From the NCBI GenBank assembly GCA_036676395.1, contig JAKFCY010000002.1:864001-928000 (forward strand): DNA of 64,000 nucleotides. Direction: 5' to 3'. Shown piece by piece: positions 19,520-28,651 of this stretch. The notes under the pieces were generated by a model. It saw only the letters and a list, made by a program, of their open reading frames with translations, searched no databases and was not told where the DNA came from. The stretch's first letter is position 1, and the number at the start of each line of letters is the position of its first letter. This DNA is from Bdellovibrio sp. GTDB lineage: Bacteria; Bdellovibrionota; Bdellovibrionia; Bdellovibrionales; Bdellovibrionaceae. A program made the position numbers and the translations under genes.

Positions 19520-22483
19520 CTACTGATTCTCTTCAGGAGCAAAGCCACGGCGCATGGTGTTTTCAGTCACAACGATAGGCTCAGTGAATTGTTTTAAATA
19601 ATCAGGGCCGCCGGTTTTTGAGCCGATGCCTGACATTTTGTATCCACCGAACGGGTGACGATCAACCATTGCACCGGTGATGCCGCGATTGATGTACATG
19701 TTACCCACTTCAAGTTCTTGCTTCACACGTTCAATGTTGGCAGGGCTACGCGAAAACACACCGCCTGTTAACGCGTACTCAGTAGAGTTCGCGATTTCAA
19801 TAGCGTGAGTTAAGTCTTTGGCTCTGATCATCGCAACGATGGGGCCGAAGAATTCGTTTTGAGCTACGTCATCAGATGATTTCACATCACCAAAGATTGT
19901 GATTGGCACGAAGTAGCCACCTTGTGGGCTTTCGCCTTTGAATAACACTTTGTACTTAGCACTTGCTTGCGCGATTGAATTATTTAAACGATCGTACGCC
20001 TCTTGATCCACAACTGGGCCGAAATAGCCTTTTGGATTTTCTGCTGAAGAAATCTCGATTGATTTTGCGCCTTCAACTAAACGCTGTGTGAATTTTTCGT
20101 AAACTTCGTCTAACACGATCACGCGTGATGCTGCCGAACATTTTTGTCCTGCAAAACCAAATGCTGAGTATAAGACGTTGTCGACGGCTTCATCTAGATC
20201 GGCATCGCTATCGATGATCATGGCGTTTTTTCCGCCCATTTCGATAATACAACGTTTTACGTGCTGTTGGCCTGGTTGAACAACAGCTGCGTTTTTAGCA
20301 ATTAATAAACCAACTACTTTAGATCCAGTGAAAGCGATTGTCGTTGTGTGCTTGTGCTTTACAATGTAGTCGCCAACGATTTCGCCGTAGCCAGGTAAAA
20401 ATTGGAGCACGTTTTCTGGAAGGCCAACTTGTTTGAATAAATCAAATAAACCTTGAGCTACTAATGAAGACTGTTCAGCAGGTTTCATAACTACTGTGTT
20501 ACCAGTAACTAAAGCTGCAGCTACTTGGCCTGCTAAGATGGCTAAAGGGAAGTTCCACGGAGAAATCACAGATACAACGCCACGAGGTTTGTAGATGTAG
20601 TGGCTGATTTCGCCCGGCGCATGGCCTACGCGTAATGGGTTAGCCAATTGGCGTTGGTGACGGGCATAGTAGCGTAAAAAATCAATCGCTTCGGCCACGT
20701 CGCCGTCAGCTTCAGCCCATGGTTTACCGACTTCAACGATTTGGTGAGCCATTAATTTGTATTTATTTTTTACCATAAGGTCGGCAACATCGTCTAAAAA
20801 TTTAGCTCTACGGTAAGTATCTACGTTTTTCCAAGATTTAAAAGCTTCATGGGCTTTTGTCATTGCAGTTTCTGCAACTTCAACCGATGCCATAGTTACT
20901 TCAGCCACAACCTGCGCGTGACGAGAAGGATTCACGCGGTTAAAGATTTCGCCTGTCGTGATTTTTTGCCCGCCGACAATGGGTTGAATTTTAACTGGTA
21001 ATTGTGATTTTAAATTTTGAATCGCTTTGAGGGTTTCGGTACGAACTTCTTCAACCGCGAAATCTAAGTAAGGTTCGTTGTGAAATTGATTTGGATTCGT
21101 TTCAGGGTTTGGATTTGTCGGAGTTAATCCAACAGAAGGATCTTTTAATAATTCAGCTGTAGTTTTACCTTCAGCGAATTTTCCCCGCAACCAAGATTCA
21201 TTCGATGTGTTTTCTAATAAACGACGAACCAGGTACGCCATGCCAGGAATAAGTTCACCCACCGGAGCGTATTCACGCACGCGGTAACCCATGTCTGATA
21301 ATGATTTTTTAATCGGCTCAGCCATTCCGTAAAGCATTTGCACTTCGTAAGCGTTTTTTGGCAGTCCAAGTTGTTCGGCTTTAACAATCGCAGCACTGAT
21401 CGTACGTACGTTGTGAGACGCAAGGGCCACGCGAATGAATTTGTAGTTTTCTAAAATGTAATTAGCGCAAAGTTCGTAGTTGGCATCTGATTCAGCTTTA
21501 TTTAAATAAACTGGAATCGACCAACCTTTTTGTTTGGCTTCGATAGTTTCAGAATCCCAGTAAGCACCTTTTACTAAGCGAATAGTAAAAGGTACGCCGC
21601 GGGTTCTTGCAAATTCAACATAGTCTTTAACATCTGCGTATGAATCACGTAAGTAAGCTTGCACAACGCAACCGAAGAATTTGTAGTTTTTAAATTCAGG
21701 CTCAGAGATTAATTCTTTAAATACTTCTACGGTTAAATGTTTTACTCCGTAGTGTTCCATATCTAAATTTACGAATACGCCAAGATCCATACCTTTTTTG
21801 AAGATTGGACGAAGACGTTCTTTTAACATCGCTTTAGATTCATCCCAAGCTTTGTCATTAATTTGTGAATACACCGCCGTCATTTTTACTGACACGTTGA
21901 TTTTTGGGATTGGTCCGTCAGCATCGCGGTCTAATAAAGGGTTTTCATCCCATTTCGCGGCATCTTTGGCTAACCATTCGATTAATTCCATGTAGCGTTT
22001 TTGATATTCTAAAGCTTCTTTTTCAGAAAGAGTCGCTTCACCTAAAATATCTACTGTGAAAGTTAAATTATTTTTTCTAGCTTTTTTTAATACCGATAAA
22101 GCTTCATCAGGTGTTTCACCCGTGATGAACATTTTCGCCATCGACGTCACATTTTTTTTAATCGCTCCGGCCATTAAACTGGGTGCTAGTGAACCTAAGC
22201 CAAGACCCATATTGAATACCGCTGGTAATTCAGTTTTGCCACCTTCAGAGAAATATTCTTTTAAGTGCGTGGCAACGCCATCAGCTGAAGTTAACGAAGG
22301 TAATACGTCAACGAATCTGAACATGTTGGTTTTGAATTTTTCATTCTTCATCGACCAATCCATCACTGAACCGTACCAGAAGTCTTTTGAAAATAATGAG
22401 CCTTTAGATTGAGATTCCATACGTTTAAGAATCTCTTCACCCTTAGATTGGATTTTTAACTGATTGTCTTGCATATGCGACAA
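19520..22483 (-). CDS. putA: Bifunctional proline dehydrogenase / glutamate semialdehyde dehydrogenase PutA
   Basis: IRLVKGAYW, ASHNVRT, YLVRRLLEN; ALDH motifs PWNFP, EMGGKN, FAGQKCSA, EFFGP; no N-terminal RHH domain. Confidence 0.95.
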   Translation of the reverse strand: MSHMQDNQLKIQSKGEEILKRMESQSKGSLFSKDFWYGSVMDWSMKNEKFKTNMFRFVDVLPSLTSADGVATHLKEYFSEGGKTELPAVFNMGLGLGSLAPSLMAGAIKKNVTSMAKMFITGETPDEALSVLKKARKNNLTFTVDILGEATLSEKEALEYQKRYMELIEWLAKDAAKWDENPLLDRDADGPIPKINVSVKMTAVYSQINDKAWDESKAMLKERLRPIFKKGMDLGVFVNLDMEHYGVKHLTVEVFKELISEPEFKNYKFFGCVVQAYLRDSYADVKDYVEFARTRGVPFTIRLVKGAYWDSETIEAKQKGWSIPVYLNKAESDANYELCANYILENYKFIRVALASHNVRTISAAIVKAEQLGLPKNAYEVQMLYGMAEPIKKSLSDMGYRVREYAPVGELIPGMAYLVRRLLENTSNESWLRGKFAEGKTTAELLKDPSVGLTPTNPNPETNPNQFHNEPYLDFAVEEVRTETLKAIQNLKSQLPVKIQPIVGGQKITTGEIFNRVNPSRHAQVVAEVTMASVEVAETAMTKAHEAFKSWKNVDTYRRAKFLDDVADLMVKNKYKLMAHQIVEVGKPWAEADGDVAEAIDFLRYYARHQRQLANPLRVGHAPGEISHYIYKPRGVVSVISPWNFPLAILAGQVAAALVTGNTVVMKPAEQSSLVAQGLFDLFKQVGLPENVLQFLPGYGEIVGDYIVKHKHTTTIAFTGSKVVGLLIAKNAAVVQPGQQHVKRCIIEMGGKNAMIIDSDADLDEAVDNVLYSAFGFAGQKCSAASRVIVLDEVYEKFTQRLVEGAKSIEISSAENPKGYFGPVVDQEAYDRLNNSIAQASAKYKVLFKGESPQGGYFVPITIFGDVKSSDDVAQNEFFGPIVAMIRAKDLTHAIEIANSTEYALTGGVFSRSPANIERVKQELEVGNMYINRGITGAMVDRHPFGGYKMSGIGSKTGGPDYLKQFTEPIVVTENTMRRGFAPEENQ

Positions 22484-22491
22484 TTTTTACG

Positions 22492-23130
22492 CTAGTTGGT
22501 ATCCCATTGGCAAACTAAAAGCGGCTGGTTTACAGGACGTGTTTTGTCTCTTAAAACGGCCTCTAATTTATCTCCGGATTTCAACGCGCCAACACCAGAA
22601 GGAGTGCCCGTTAATAGAACATCATGAGGAGAAACGGGAAAATGCGCTTTAATATATTTTAAAAGCGTTTCGGGGCTAAAAATCATGTCAGAAGCATCAC
22701 CAAGTTGTTTAGTTTCGTTATTGATTTTTAGTTCTAATTGCAATGATTCAAGATTAGGCACAGATCCAATTTCAAGCCAGGGGCCCATAGGGCAAGAATC
22801 GGTAAAAGATTTAGCCAAGGTCCATGGCAGGCCATTTTTTTTGGCATCAGACTGGGCATCGCGCGCTGTCAAATCAAGGGCTAAGGTAAAGTGCGAAAAT
22901 TGTAAATCTTCATTCAGCCAGAAGGCGATTTCTAATTCGTGGTGGATTTCTTTTGACCAAGGCGGAAGGTGAATCACGCTTCCGGTTGAAATTGAATTTC
23001 CTGATTTTAAAAAAATCACCGGATTTGCCGGAACTTCGGCTTTCATTTCTTTAGCGTGATCGGCGTAGTTGCGACCTGCAGCCCAGACATTGCGAACAAG
23101 TTGTTGATGAAAAGTGTTTTTCTCAACCAC
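22492..23130 (-). CDS. Fumarylacetoacetate hydrolase family protein
   Basis: GRNYADHAKEM, HHELE, DLTARD, WTLAKSF, LTGTPSGVG. Confidence 0.9.
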   Translation of the reverse strand: MVEKNTFHQQLVRNVWAAGRNYADHAKEMKAEVPANPVIFLKSGNSISTGSVIHLPPWSKEIHHELEIAFWLNEDLQFSHFTLALDLTARDAQSDAKKNGLPWTLAKSFTDSCPMGPWLEIGSVPNLESLQLELKINNETKQLGDASDMIFSPETLLKYIKAHFPVSPHDVLLTGTPSGVGALKSGDKLEAVLRDKTRPVNQPLLVCQWDTN

Positions 23131-23131
23131 T

Positions 23132-24652
23132 TTATTTAAGCGCTTCTTCGATTCTGTCTTTTTTCTGGCGATTGCGATTCACAAAGTTTCGCATAGCTTT
23201 ATCTAACTGCATATTAAAATCAAAATCACCGCTAACATCGGGATGTTTTTTCATATTTTTAAGAAAAGCCACGTAATCATCATTCGATAAAAATGTCATT
23301 GGCGCATTTTTAGATGTCTTGGTCATTGGCCCTACATTAAAACGAAGCCCGGCACCAGCATGGCAGCCAAGACAAGAGCCATTGATATTATCTACTGGCC
23401 CATTTAAGCGGGTGTTGCTGCGATCTAATTCTGGGGGTAAGTCTGCGCCAAGGGCTACGCGGGCTGTGATGTGATTATTGGTAGCTCGATCAAAGATATG
23501 GCTTTGGCCAGCATCAAGGCCAAATTGTAAGCCTGCAGGGCGCATGTACTTTAAAGCTTCTGGAATATCCATATCGGCTAAGTGTTCATTTTTATGATTC
23601 AGATCAATGTAGTAAGTTAACATAATCCAATTTTTTAAAACCGGATTTGTTCCTTTTAAGCGTGAGTCTTTTAGCGAAATATCAATTTGCACTAAAGCGA
23701 CATTTTGCAACTGACGCAGACTTTCATCTTTAGCTGTTTTGCCATCATCTTGACGGGCATGACTGACGTGAGTCCACCAGTTATAAGTTTTTAAATCGCC
23801 AGAACTTGCAGCCCACTGGCCACGCATTTGGTTTTCCCAGTCAGGCATGGCGTTGAATAATAATTTAAAAGCAAGGCCACCGTCTTTGGCAATAAACTGG
23901 GGGCGCATTTCGGTGATTTGTGGCAGCAGGCTATTTTTCTCGTGAAAAAATTCGGCATAACCATCGCAAACGGGTTGATTGAAATATGAAATTCCCCAAG
24001 TCACTGCGTCTTCAGTCATTTCTACATTTTTAGGAACCGTGTACACGTGTGTTGTTCTGATTGGAAATTCTTTAGTTAATCCATGAATAGCTTCGCGGCC
24101 TTTTTCAGTCACGTTAAGCCAGGGCGTATGGCACCAAGTGCGTAAACTATTTGATCTGAAATGATTTTCGTATTGAGTTTTACCTTTTGTGTTATCGGCA
24201 TCAAACCAGCCTTCGAAAATATATCGTTGCAGCATGTGCGCTAACTTTTCTGCATCTTGTTTGTTAGATACATCTAAGTTTTGTCCAACCCATGGCATTT
24301 CTTTAACATTTTTACGAGCTCTGTTCTTTGCTTTCTTCGCTAAAGTAGAAGAACTTTCTTTAAATTTAAAAAGTGGATCAAAAGGTTTTAAAGCTAAAGA
24401 CTTTGCCTTTGCTAAATCCTGATCGCACATTAAGGGCTGTAATTTTTTGTTAGAATTGCGTCCAATCGGTGTTGCTTGCATCACATCCAAAACGACAAAT
24501 CCATTTTCAAAATTATCTTGGGGATAGTTTATTTTTCCACAACCCGTAACTTCGTCATTTGTGGGCGTGCGATTTTTTTCTGTTGAAGTGCAACCTAAAA
24601 CAAACAAAAGACCAATTAATGAAACTGCGCTGGTCGCTTTTAATATTGCCAT
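23132..24652 (-). CDS. Hypothetical lipoprotein with a single CxxCH (possible c-type heme protein)
   Basis: VLG-C lipobox; SCLGCH near the C-terminus. Confidence 0.65.
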   Translation of the reverse strand: MAILKATSAVSLIGLLFVLGCTSTEKNRTPTNDEVTGCGKINYPQDNFENGFVVLDVMQATPIGRNSNKKLQPLMCDQDLAKAKSLALKPFDPLFKFKESSSTLAKKAKNRARKNVKEMPWVGQNLDVSNKQDAEKLAHMLQRYIFEGWFDADNTKGKTQYENHFRSNSLRTWCHTPWLNVTEKGREAIHGLTKEFPIRTTHVYTVPKNVEMTEDAVTWGISYFNQPVCDGYAEFFHEKNSLLPQITEMRPQFIAKDGGLAFKLLFNAMPDWENQMRGQWAASSGDLKTYNWWTHVSHARQDDGKTAKDESLRQLQNVALVQIDISLKDSRLKGTNPVLKNWIMLTYYIDLNHKNEHLADMDIPEALKYMRPAGLQFGLDAGQSHIFDRATNNHITARVALGADLPPELDRSNTRLNGPVDNINGSCLGCHAGAGLRFNVGPMTKTSKNAPMTFLSNDDYVAFLKNMKKHPDVSGDFDFNMQLDKAMRNFVNRNRQKKDRIEEALK

Positions 24653-24759
24653 GAAATTACTCCCTATACTTAAAGTTTATGCAACGGGATCATTAACCGA
24701 AAGGCCTGATTGCCGGCTGCTGCCCATAGGTCTAGATTGACACAGAAATGACTCAAGGC

Positions 24760-25263
24760 TTAAGCAGCTCCACGAGATTTAAACTGCCAAATTCCTTCTT
24801 CGGTAATTTTAAATTCAATGTATTGCGCAGGAGCCCAGCCAGCAAATTCGTAAGAATTTAAATTTTTATCGCAGTTGATCACAGTCATAGCTTCTTCAAC
24901 CCAGTCATAGTGAGTGCAGGCGTAAACCACCTGGTTTTTATTTTCTGGTTGTGCCGCTTGAAAGGTGTAAAAATTAATTAATTTTTGCACGCGCGCGCGA
25001 AACTGTTGTGATGTTTCGTTAAGGTCGCGTAAATTTAAATCATTTTTTAATTCAGATTTGGGTTTAAAATTTTCGATTAAATCATGCAGCGTTTCTTTAG
25101 TTCTAATCATATTAGAAAATAAACAAACAGTTGGTACTGGCAGAACTTTGCCTTTAGTCATCTCTAAAAGCTTACGTGATTGTTCATGGCCCTTGGCGCT
25201 AAGGCTTGGGTTTTCAGGCGGCTCCATTGATTTATGACCATGACGAAATAATATAAAAATCAT
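24760..25263 (-). CDS. Histidine phosphatase (SixA/PGAM family)
   Basis: LFRHG, LSAKGHEQ, RTKET, ACTH; likely ATG at 25263. Confidence 0.8.
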   Translation of the reverse strand: MIFILFRHGHKSMEPPENPSLSAKGHEQSRKLLEMTKGKVLPVPTVCLFSNMIRTKETLHDLIENFKPKSELKNDLNLRDLNETSQQFRARVQKLINFYTFQAAQPENKNQVVYACTHYDWVEEAMTVINCDKNLNSYEFAGWAPAQYIEFKITEEGIWQFKSRGAA

Positions 25264-25319
25264 CCATTGAGCGTACCTAATACCTTGAGAACATGTCACG
25301 AATTTGCTAATTTAAAGTT

Positions 25320-26213
25320 ATGTCAAAAATTTACCGCTATTGCTCTAATGATTTTACCGTACGTGCTGCTGCTGTTGACGCAACTCAAGTTGTGCAAGAG
25401 ATGCAGATGTTGCAAAACACTTTGCCGATTGCAACCGTGGGTGTTGGTAAAGCCATGGTGGGCGCGCTGTTAATGGCAGCCCAGTTAAAAGATAAGCAGC
25501 AAGTGGGGCTTTTATTTCGCGGTAATGGCTCGATTAAAAGTATTTATGCTGAAGCCGATTACGAAGGCAGCGTTCGCGCATTTACGCCAAACCCTGGTTA
25601 TGAACCTGCTAATTACGATAAAGGTTTAAGTGTTGCTGAAGCCTTAGGAAAAGGAACTTTAAGCGTTGCTCGGCATCAGCCTTTTCAGAAATCACCATTT
25701 CACGGCACTGTTGAACTTGTGACCGGCGAGATCGCTGAAGATTTGGCACATTATTTACATCAATCCCATCAAATTCGTTCAGTCGTAGCATTAGGAATTT
25801 ATCTAGATGAATACGGTAAGTGTGTTAAGGCCGGTGGTGTAATTATTGAAATTATGCCTGGTGTAGATGAAAAAAATGTTAGTGCTATTGAAGCCAATAC
25901 AGCAATCATGCAACCAAGTGTTTCAAAAATTTTGATGGAGGGTGGAAAACCGTTCAATCTAGTTGAGCCATTTATGTTGGGTATTCCATTTACAGAATTA
26001 GATCATCCCCATGAAGCAAAGTATTTTTGTCCGTGTGATAAAGATCGCGTCAAAGGCGCTTTATCAATTTTAGGTATGGCCGAACTGCAAGACATCATCG
26101 ATAAAGGTGAAGAGCAAGAAGTGGTCTGTCAGATGTGTGGTAAGCCTTACTTAGTCACCATTGATGAAGTGTCAGAACTTAAAGAAGTGCTTCATAAAAA
26201 TTCAATGCACTAA
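25320..26213 (+). CDS. hslO: Hsp33 redox-regulated chaperone
   Basis: GEIAEDLAHY..QSHQI.S, AGG..IEIMP, CPC...CQMC zinc centre. Confidence 0.92.
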   Translation: MSKIYRYCSNDFTVRAAAVDATQVVQEMQMLQNTLPIATVGVGKAMVGALLMAAQLKDKQQVGLLFRGNGSIKSIYAEADYEGSVRAFTPNPGYEPANYDKGLSVAEALGKGTLSVARHQPFQKSPFHGTVELVTGEIAEDLAHYLHQSHQIRSVVALGIYLDEYGKCVKAGGVIIEIMPGVDEKNVSAIEANTAIMQPSVSKILMEGGKPFNLVEPFMLGIPFTELDHPHEAKYFCPCDKDRVKGALSILGMAELQDIIDKGEEQEVVCQMCGKPYLVTIDEVSELKEVLHKNSMH

Positions 26214-26669
26214 TTACGGGTGAATGCCGCAGGCAACTTTGCCGAGTGACTTCCCATCTTTGTCGATGACCTGTAAGACGAATACTTTATTTTTTAAAGT
26301 TAAGGTATGAATAAAATTATCGAGGCCAGCATCATGGCCACTGAAAGTAATGTTATTGTTGGGATCGTAATATCCGAAGGCATATGGTCCGTTGGCATAT
26401 TCTTTAATATCTGAACGATATCCCCATTTACTTTCAGTTGGAATCTTCGAAGCATCAATAAGGTCTAATGGATTTTTACAGTCTCCGTTTTCATAAATAA
26501 AAACACCGTAGTGAAGTTTAGGATCGGTATCGTAGAGTGAAATACCCACAGGTTTACCTTCAGTCGAAATAATCCCACTGGTTAGGTTGGGCGGGGATGG
26601 ATTTAAAATTATTTTTGCTTTTGCAAGACAGGCGAAAGAAAGGCCAATGGCCAATACGAATAGACGCAT
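26214..26669 (-). CDS. Secreted protein resembling a Cu/Zn-SOD fold lacking metal ligands
   Basis: Signal peptide; YGVFIYENGDC and GKVACGI mirror the SodC motifs HGFHIHENGDC and GARVACGVI. Confidence 0.5.
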   Translation of the reverse strand: MRLFVLAIGLSFACLAKAKIILNPSPPNLTSGIISTEGKPVGISLYDTDPKLHYGVFIYENGDCKNPLDLIDASKIPTESKWGYRSDIKEYANGPYAFGYYDPNNNITFSGHDAGLDNFIHTLTLKNKVFVLQVIDKDGKSLGKVACGIHP

Positions 26670-26749
26670 GATCCCCCCCCGAAACTTAATTTTATATATA
26701 GAGAAAAGACTTCTCTAGTTCTTCGGGGGAATTCTCAATTTAAGACAGT

Positions 26750-26770
26750 TTACTTAGCCGCAGTTTGCTT
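26750..26770 (-). repeat. Partial copy of the 3' end of the 27608-28168 gene
   Basis: 19/21 identical to 27608-27628 (KQTAAK* vs KQTVAK*). Confidence 0.75.
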
Positions 26771-26899
26771 ACAGAATTAGATCATCCCCATGAAGCAAAG
26801 TATTTTTGTCCGTGTGATAAAGAGCGCGTCAAAGGCGCTTTATCAATTTTAGGTATGGCCGAACTTAAAAAATTACTACATAAAAATTCAATGCATTAA
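26769..26899 (+). pseudogene. Duplicated, internally deleted 3' fragment of hslO
   Basis: 26769-26865 matches 25990-26086 (96/97); 26861-26899 matches 26175-26213 (34/39); 93-bp deletion between GAACT microhomologies. Confidence 0.9.
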
Positions 26900-26941
26900 A
26901 AAAAAATCCCGCATCTTTTAATGAGATGTGGGATTTTTTTT
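26899..26941. terminator. Bidirectional intrinsic terminator
   Basis: A-run ATCCCGCATCT...AGATGTGGGAT T8. Confidence 0.8.
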
Positions 26942-26988
26942 GCGTAGCACGCTTAAGCCGGATGTTGACCGTCGTCAGGGCGCATCGA
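26907..26988. repeat. Left arm of ~80-bp imperfect inverted repeat
   Basis: 26943-26988 is 37/46 identical to the reverse complement of 27489-27534; the adjacent terminator hairpins are also related. Confidence 0.85.
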
Positions 26989-27008
26989 TGGACATTTGAT
27001 AATGTGTG

Positions 27009-27410
27009 TTAACCGGCACAGCCAATGCATTCATACCATATTGAGTGCTTTTCTGGATCAAAATTTCCAAATTCATCTACATCAAGCTGAACGCCCATTT
27101 TTTCTCGGCCCTTGCCCCATTTCTGCGTTTGCGTACTAACAACATAACATGATGTACCTGCAGGAGCTGTGTGACAGCTAAGAGTTTCCCATCTTAATTT
27201 ATTTAGTGGAATTTTTTTGCCGTCTTGAGGTTTATCTGCATTATCAATAATTGCAGCTATTACTGAAGCTTTAAACTTTGTTGTCATTTCTGATGCAGTT
27301 TCGCGAGTGCTTTTTGATAAAGGCTTGAAAGAAGGTTTGTTTTTCTCGCCAGCAAATGTTGAAAGCCCAATCGACAACAATAATACGAAAGTAACCGTTC
27401 TGATTTTCAT
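27009..27410 (-). CDS. Small secreted Cys-containing hypothetical protein
   Basis: AGGAG RBS before ATG 27410, signal peptide (TFA-G), four Cys. Confidence 0.7.
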   Translation of the reverse strand: MKIRTVTFVLLLSIGLSTFAGEKNKPSFKPLSKSTRETASEMTTKFKASVIAAIIDNADKPQDGKKIPLNKLRWETLSCHTAPAGTSCYVVSTQTQKWGKGREKMGVQLDVDEFGNFDPEKHSIWYECIGCAG

Positions 27411-27488
27411 AGTAATAATTTCTCCTATAGCTATTATGCTCATCACGGGTGGGTAAATAAAGTCTAGATCTTATTAGCGCAGCCTGTG

Positions 27489-27570
27489 TCGACACACTTT
27501 GACGACGGTCCACATCCGACTTAAGAGTGCCACGAAAAAATAAAACCCACATCTTGTTAAAAATGTGGGT
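27489..27570. repeat. Right arm of ~80-bp imperfect inverted repeat, including a terminator-like hairpin
   Basis: Reverse-complement match to 26907-26988; hairpin CCCACAT/ATGTGGG at 27546-27569. Confidence 0.85.
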
Positions 27571-27607
27571 AATTATTAGCTTTAATTTTATTAATTATAA
27601 AATTAAA

Positions 27608-28168
27608 TTACTTAGCTACAGTTTGCTTGCTGCGAAGAGCGGCTTTGCAGATAGATACTTTTTCTTCGTATTCATCCTGGCGGGCATTTAAAACCGTTTT
27701 GTAACCGCGAAATCTTTGAATGCGGTCGACTAAAAATTCTTCGGTCACTGCAACTAGTTTTTTCTGTTCATCGATGCCGATTTTGAAATCATCTTCTTTA
27801 TCTGTGATGCGTTCTAATGGTTCTGTCCACATCAATTTACCATCGCCGCCGTTGCGTGGGTCTGATAACTGGATTTTACATTCGCGAAGTACGCCGTATA
27901 AACCAAGAGATCCGAATCTGCGGTTACCGTAAACGCGGTCTTCTAATTCATAAACTTCATACTGAGTTTTTCTAAGTTCTTCGTTTAAAGAAACTTTCTT
28001 TTGAAAAATGGCATTGCCATCTTTCACGCCGATTGAACTTTCGCCATTGATTTGATTTTTATGATCAAGGTTAGTGTCGATGTCGCCCACTTTATTGGGA
28101 TTTGTTTTACATGAAAATAAAACAGTTGTTGTTAGTGCGGCTACCAGAAATAAATTTAGTGATCTCAC
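27608..28168 (-). CDS. Hypothetical lipoprotein (coiled-coil)
   Basis: GTG start with AGGAG RBS, LFS-C lipobox. Confidence 0.75.
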   Translation of the reverse strand: MRSLNLFLVAALTTTVLFSCKTNPNKVGDIDTNLDHKNQINGESSIGVKDGNAIFQKKVSLNEELRKTQYEVYELEDRVYGNRRFGSLGLYGVLRECKIQLSDPRNGGDGKLMWTEPLERITDKEDDFKIGIDEQKKLVAVTEEFLVDRIQRFRGYKTVLNARQDEYEEKVSICKAALRSKQTVAK

Positions 28169-28389
28169 GAAGAGCTCCTTTTGATGTAAGAATAGTTTAG
28201 AGGAGTTGCTTTCAAAAGGGCATCATGTCGGGCGTTAATCTGTTGTATTAAAAATACTTATGGCAAAATGCGAAGCTGGTGGCTCAGTGTTTTCTGAAAC
28301 CAGCGAAGAAAAGTTTGTGATAGGTTGGGTTCGCTCACTTTGGGCTCTACGACTGTAGATGGGAGCGGGCTTGTTGTACTTCTCTATAT

Positions 28390-28406
28390 AGCAATGAGCT
28401 TGCCAA
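28390..28406 (-). promoter_or_regulatory. sigma54-like promoter
   Basis: Minus strand TTGGCAAGCTCATTGCT = GG-N10-GC with TTGC; palindrome TCTCATAATGAGA at 28410-28422 directly upstream. Confidence 0.65.
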
Positions 28407-28651
28407 GTTTCTCATAATGAGATTTTTTAATTAAATCATACACTTACATGACTGGTGCCACGATGGAACTTCTTGGTCCAAAAAATTCCTCATATAAATA
28501 GAGAAACTGGGATCAAAAGGTAACACGGCACCAAGTGTGTCAGGGGTGTTATCGTTTTTTGTCAAAGAGCTGTTTTAATCTCGAAGTGATACGGCCAAGT
28601 CTAATATATGCGAGCAAACTTGGTCATAAAGTTGAAATAATGTATTTTGAC

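Noticed and set aside
26769..26899. hslO copy as a simple att or target-site duplication
   Set aside because: It has an internal deletion and a diverged tail, is fused to a fragment of the opposite flanking gene, and has no recombinase nearby
27271..27552. 93-aa minus-strand ORF through the right inverted repeat
   Set aside because: Starts inside a terminator hairpin, has no RBS, and overlaps the better-supported 27009-27410 gene out of frame
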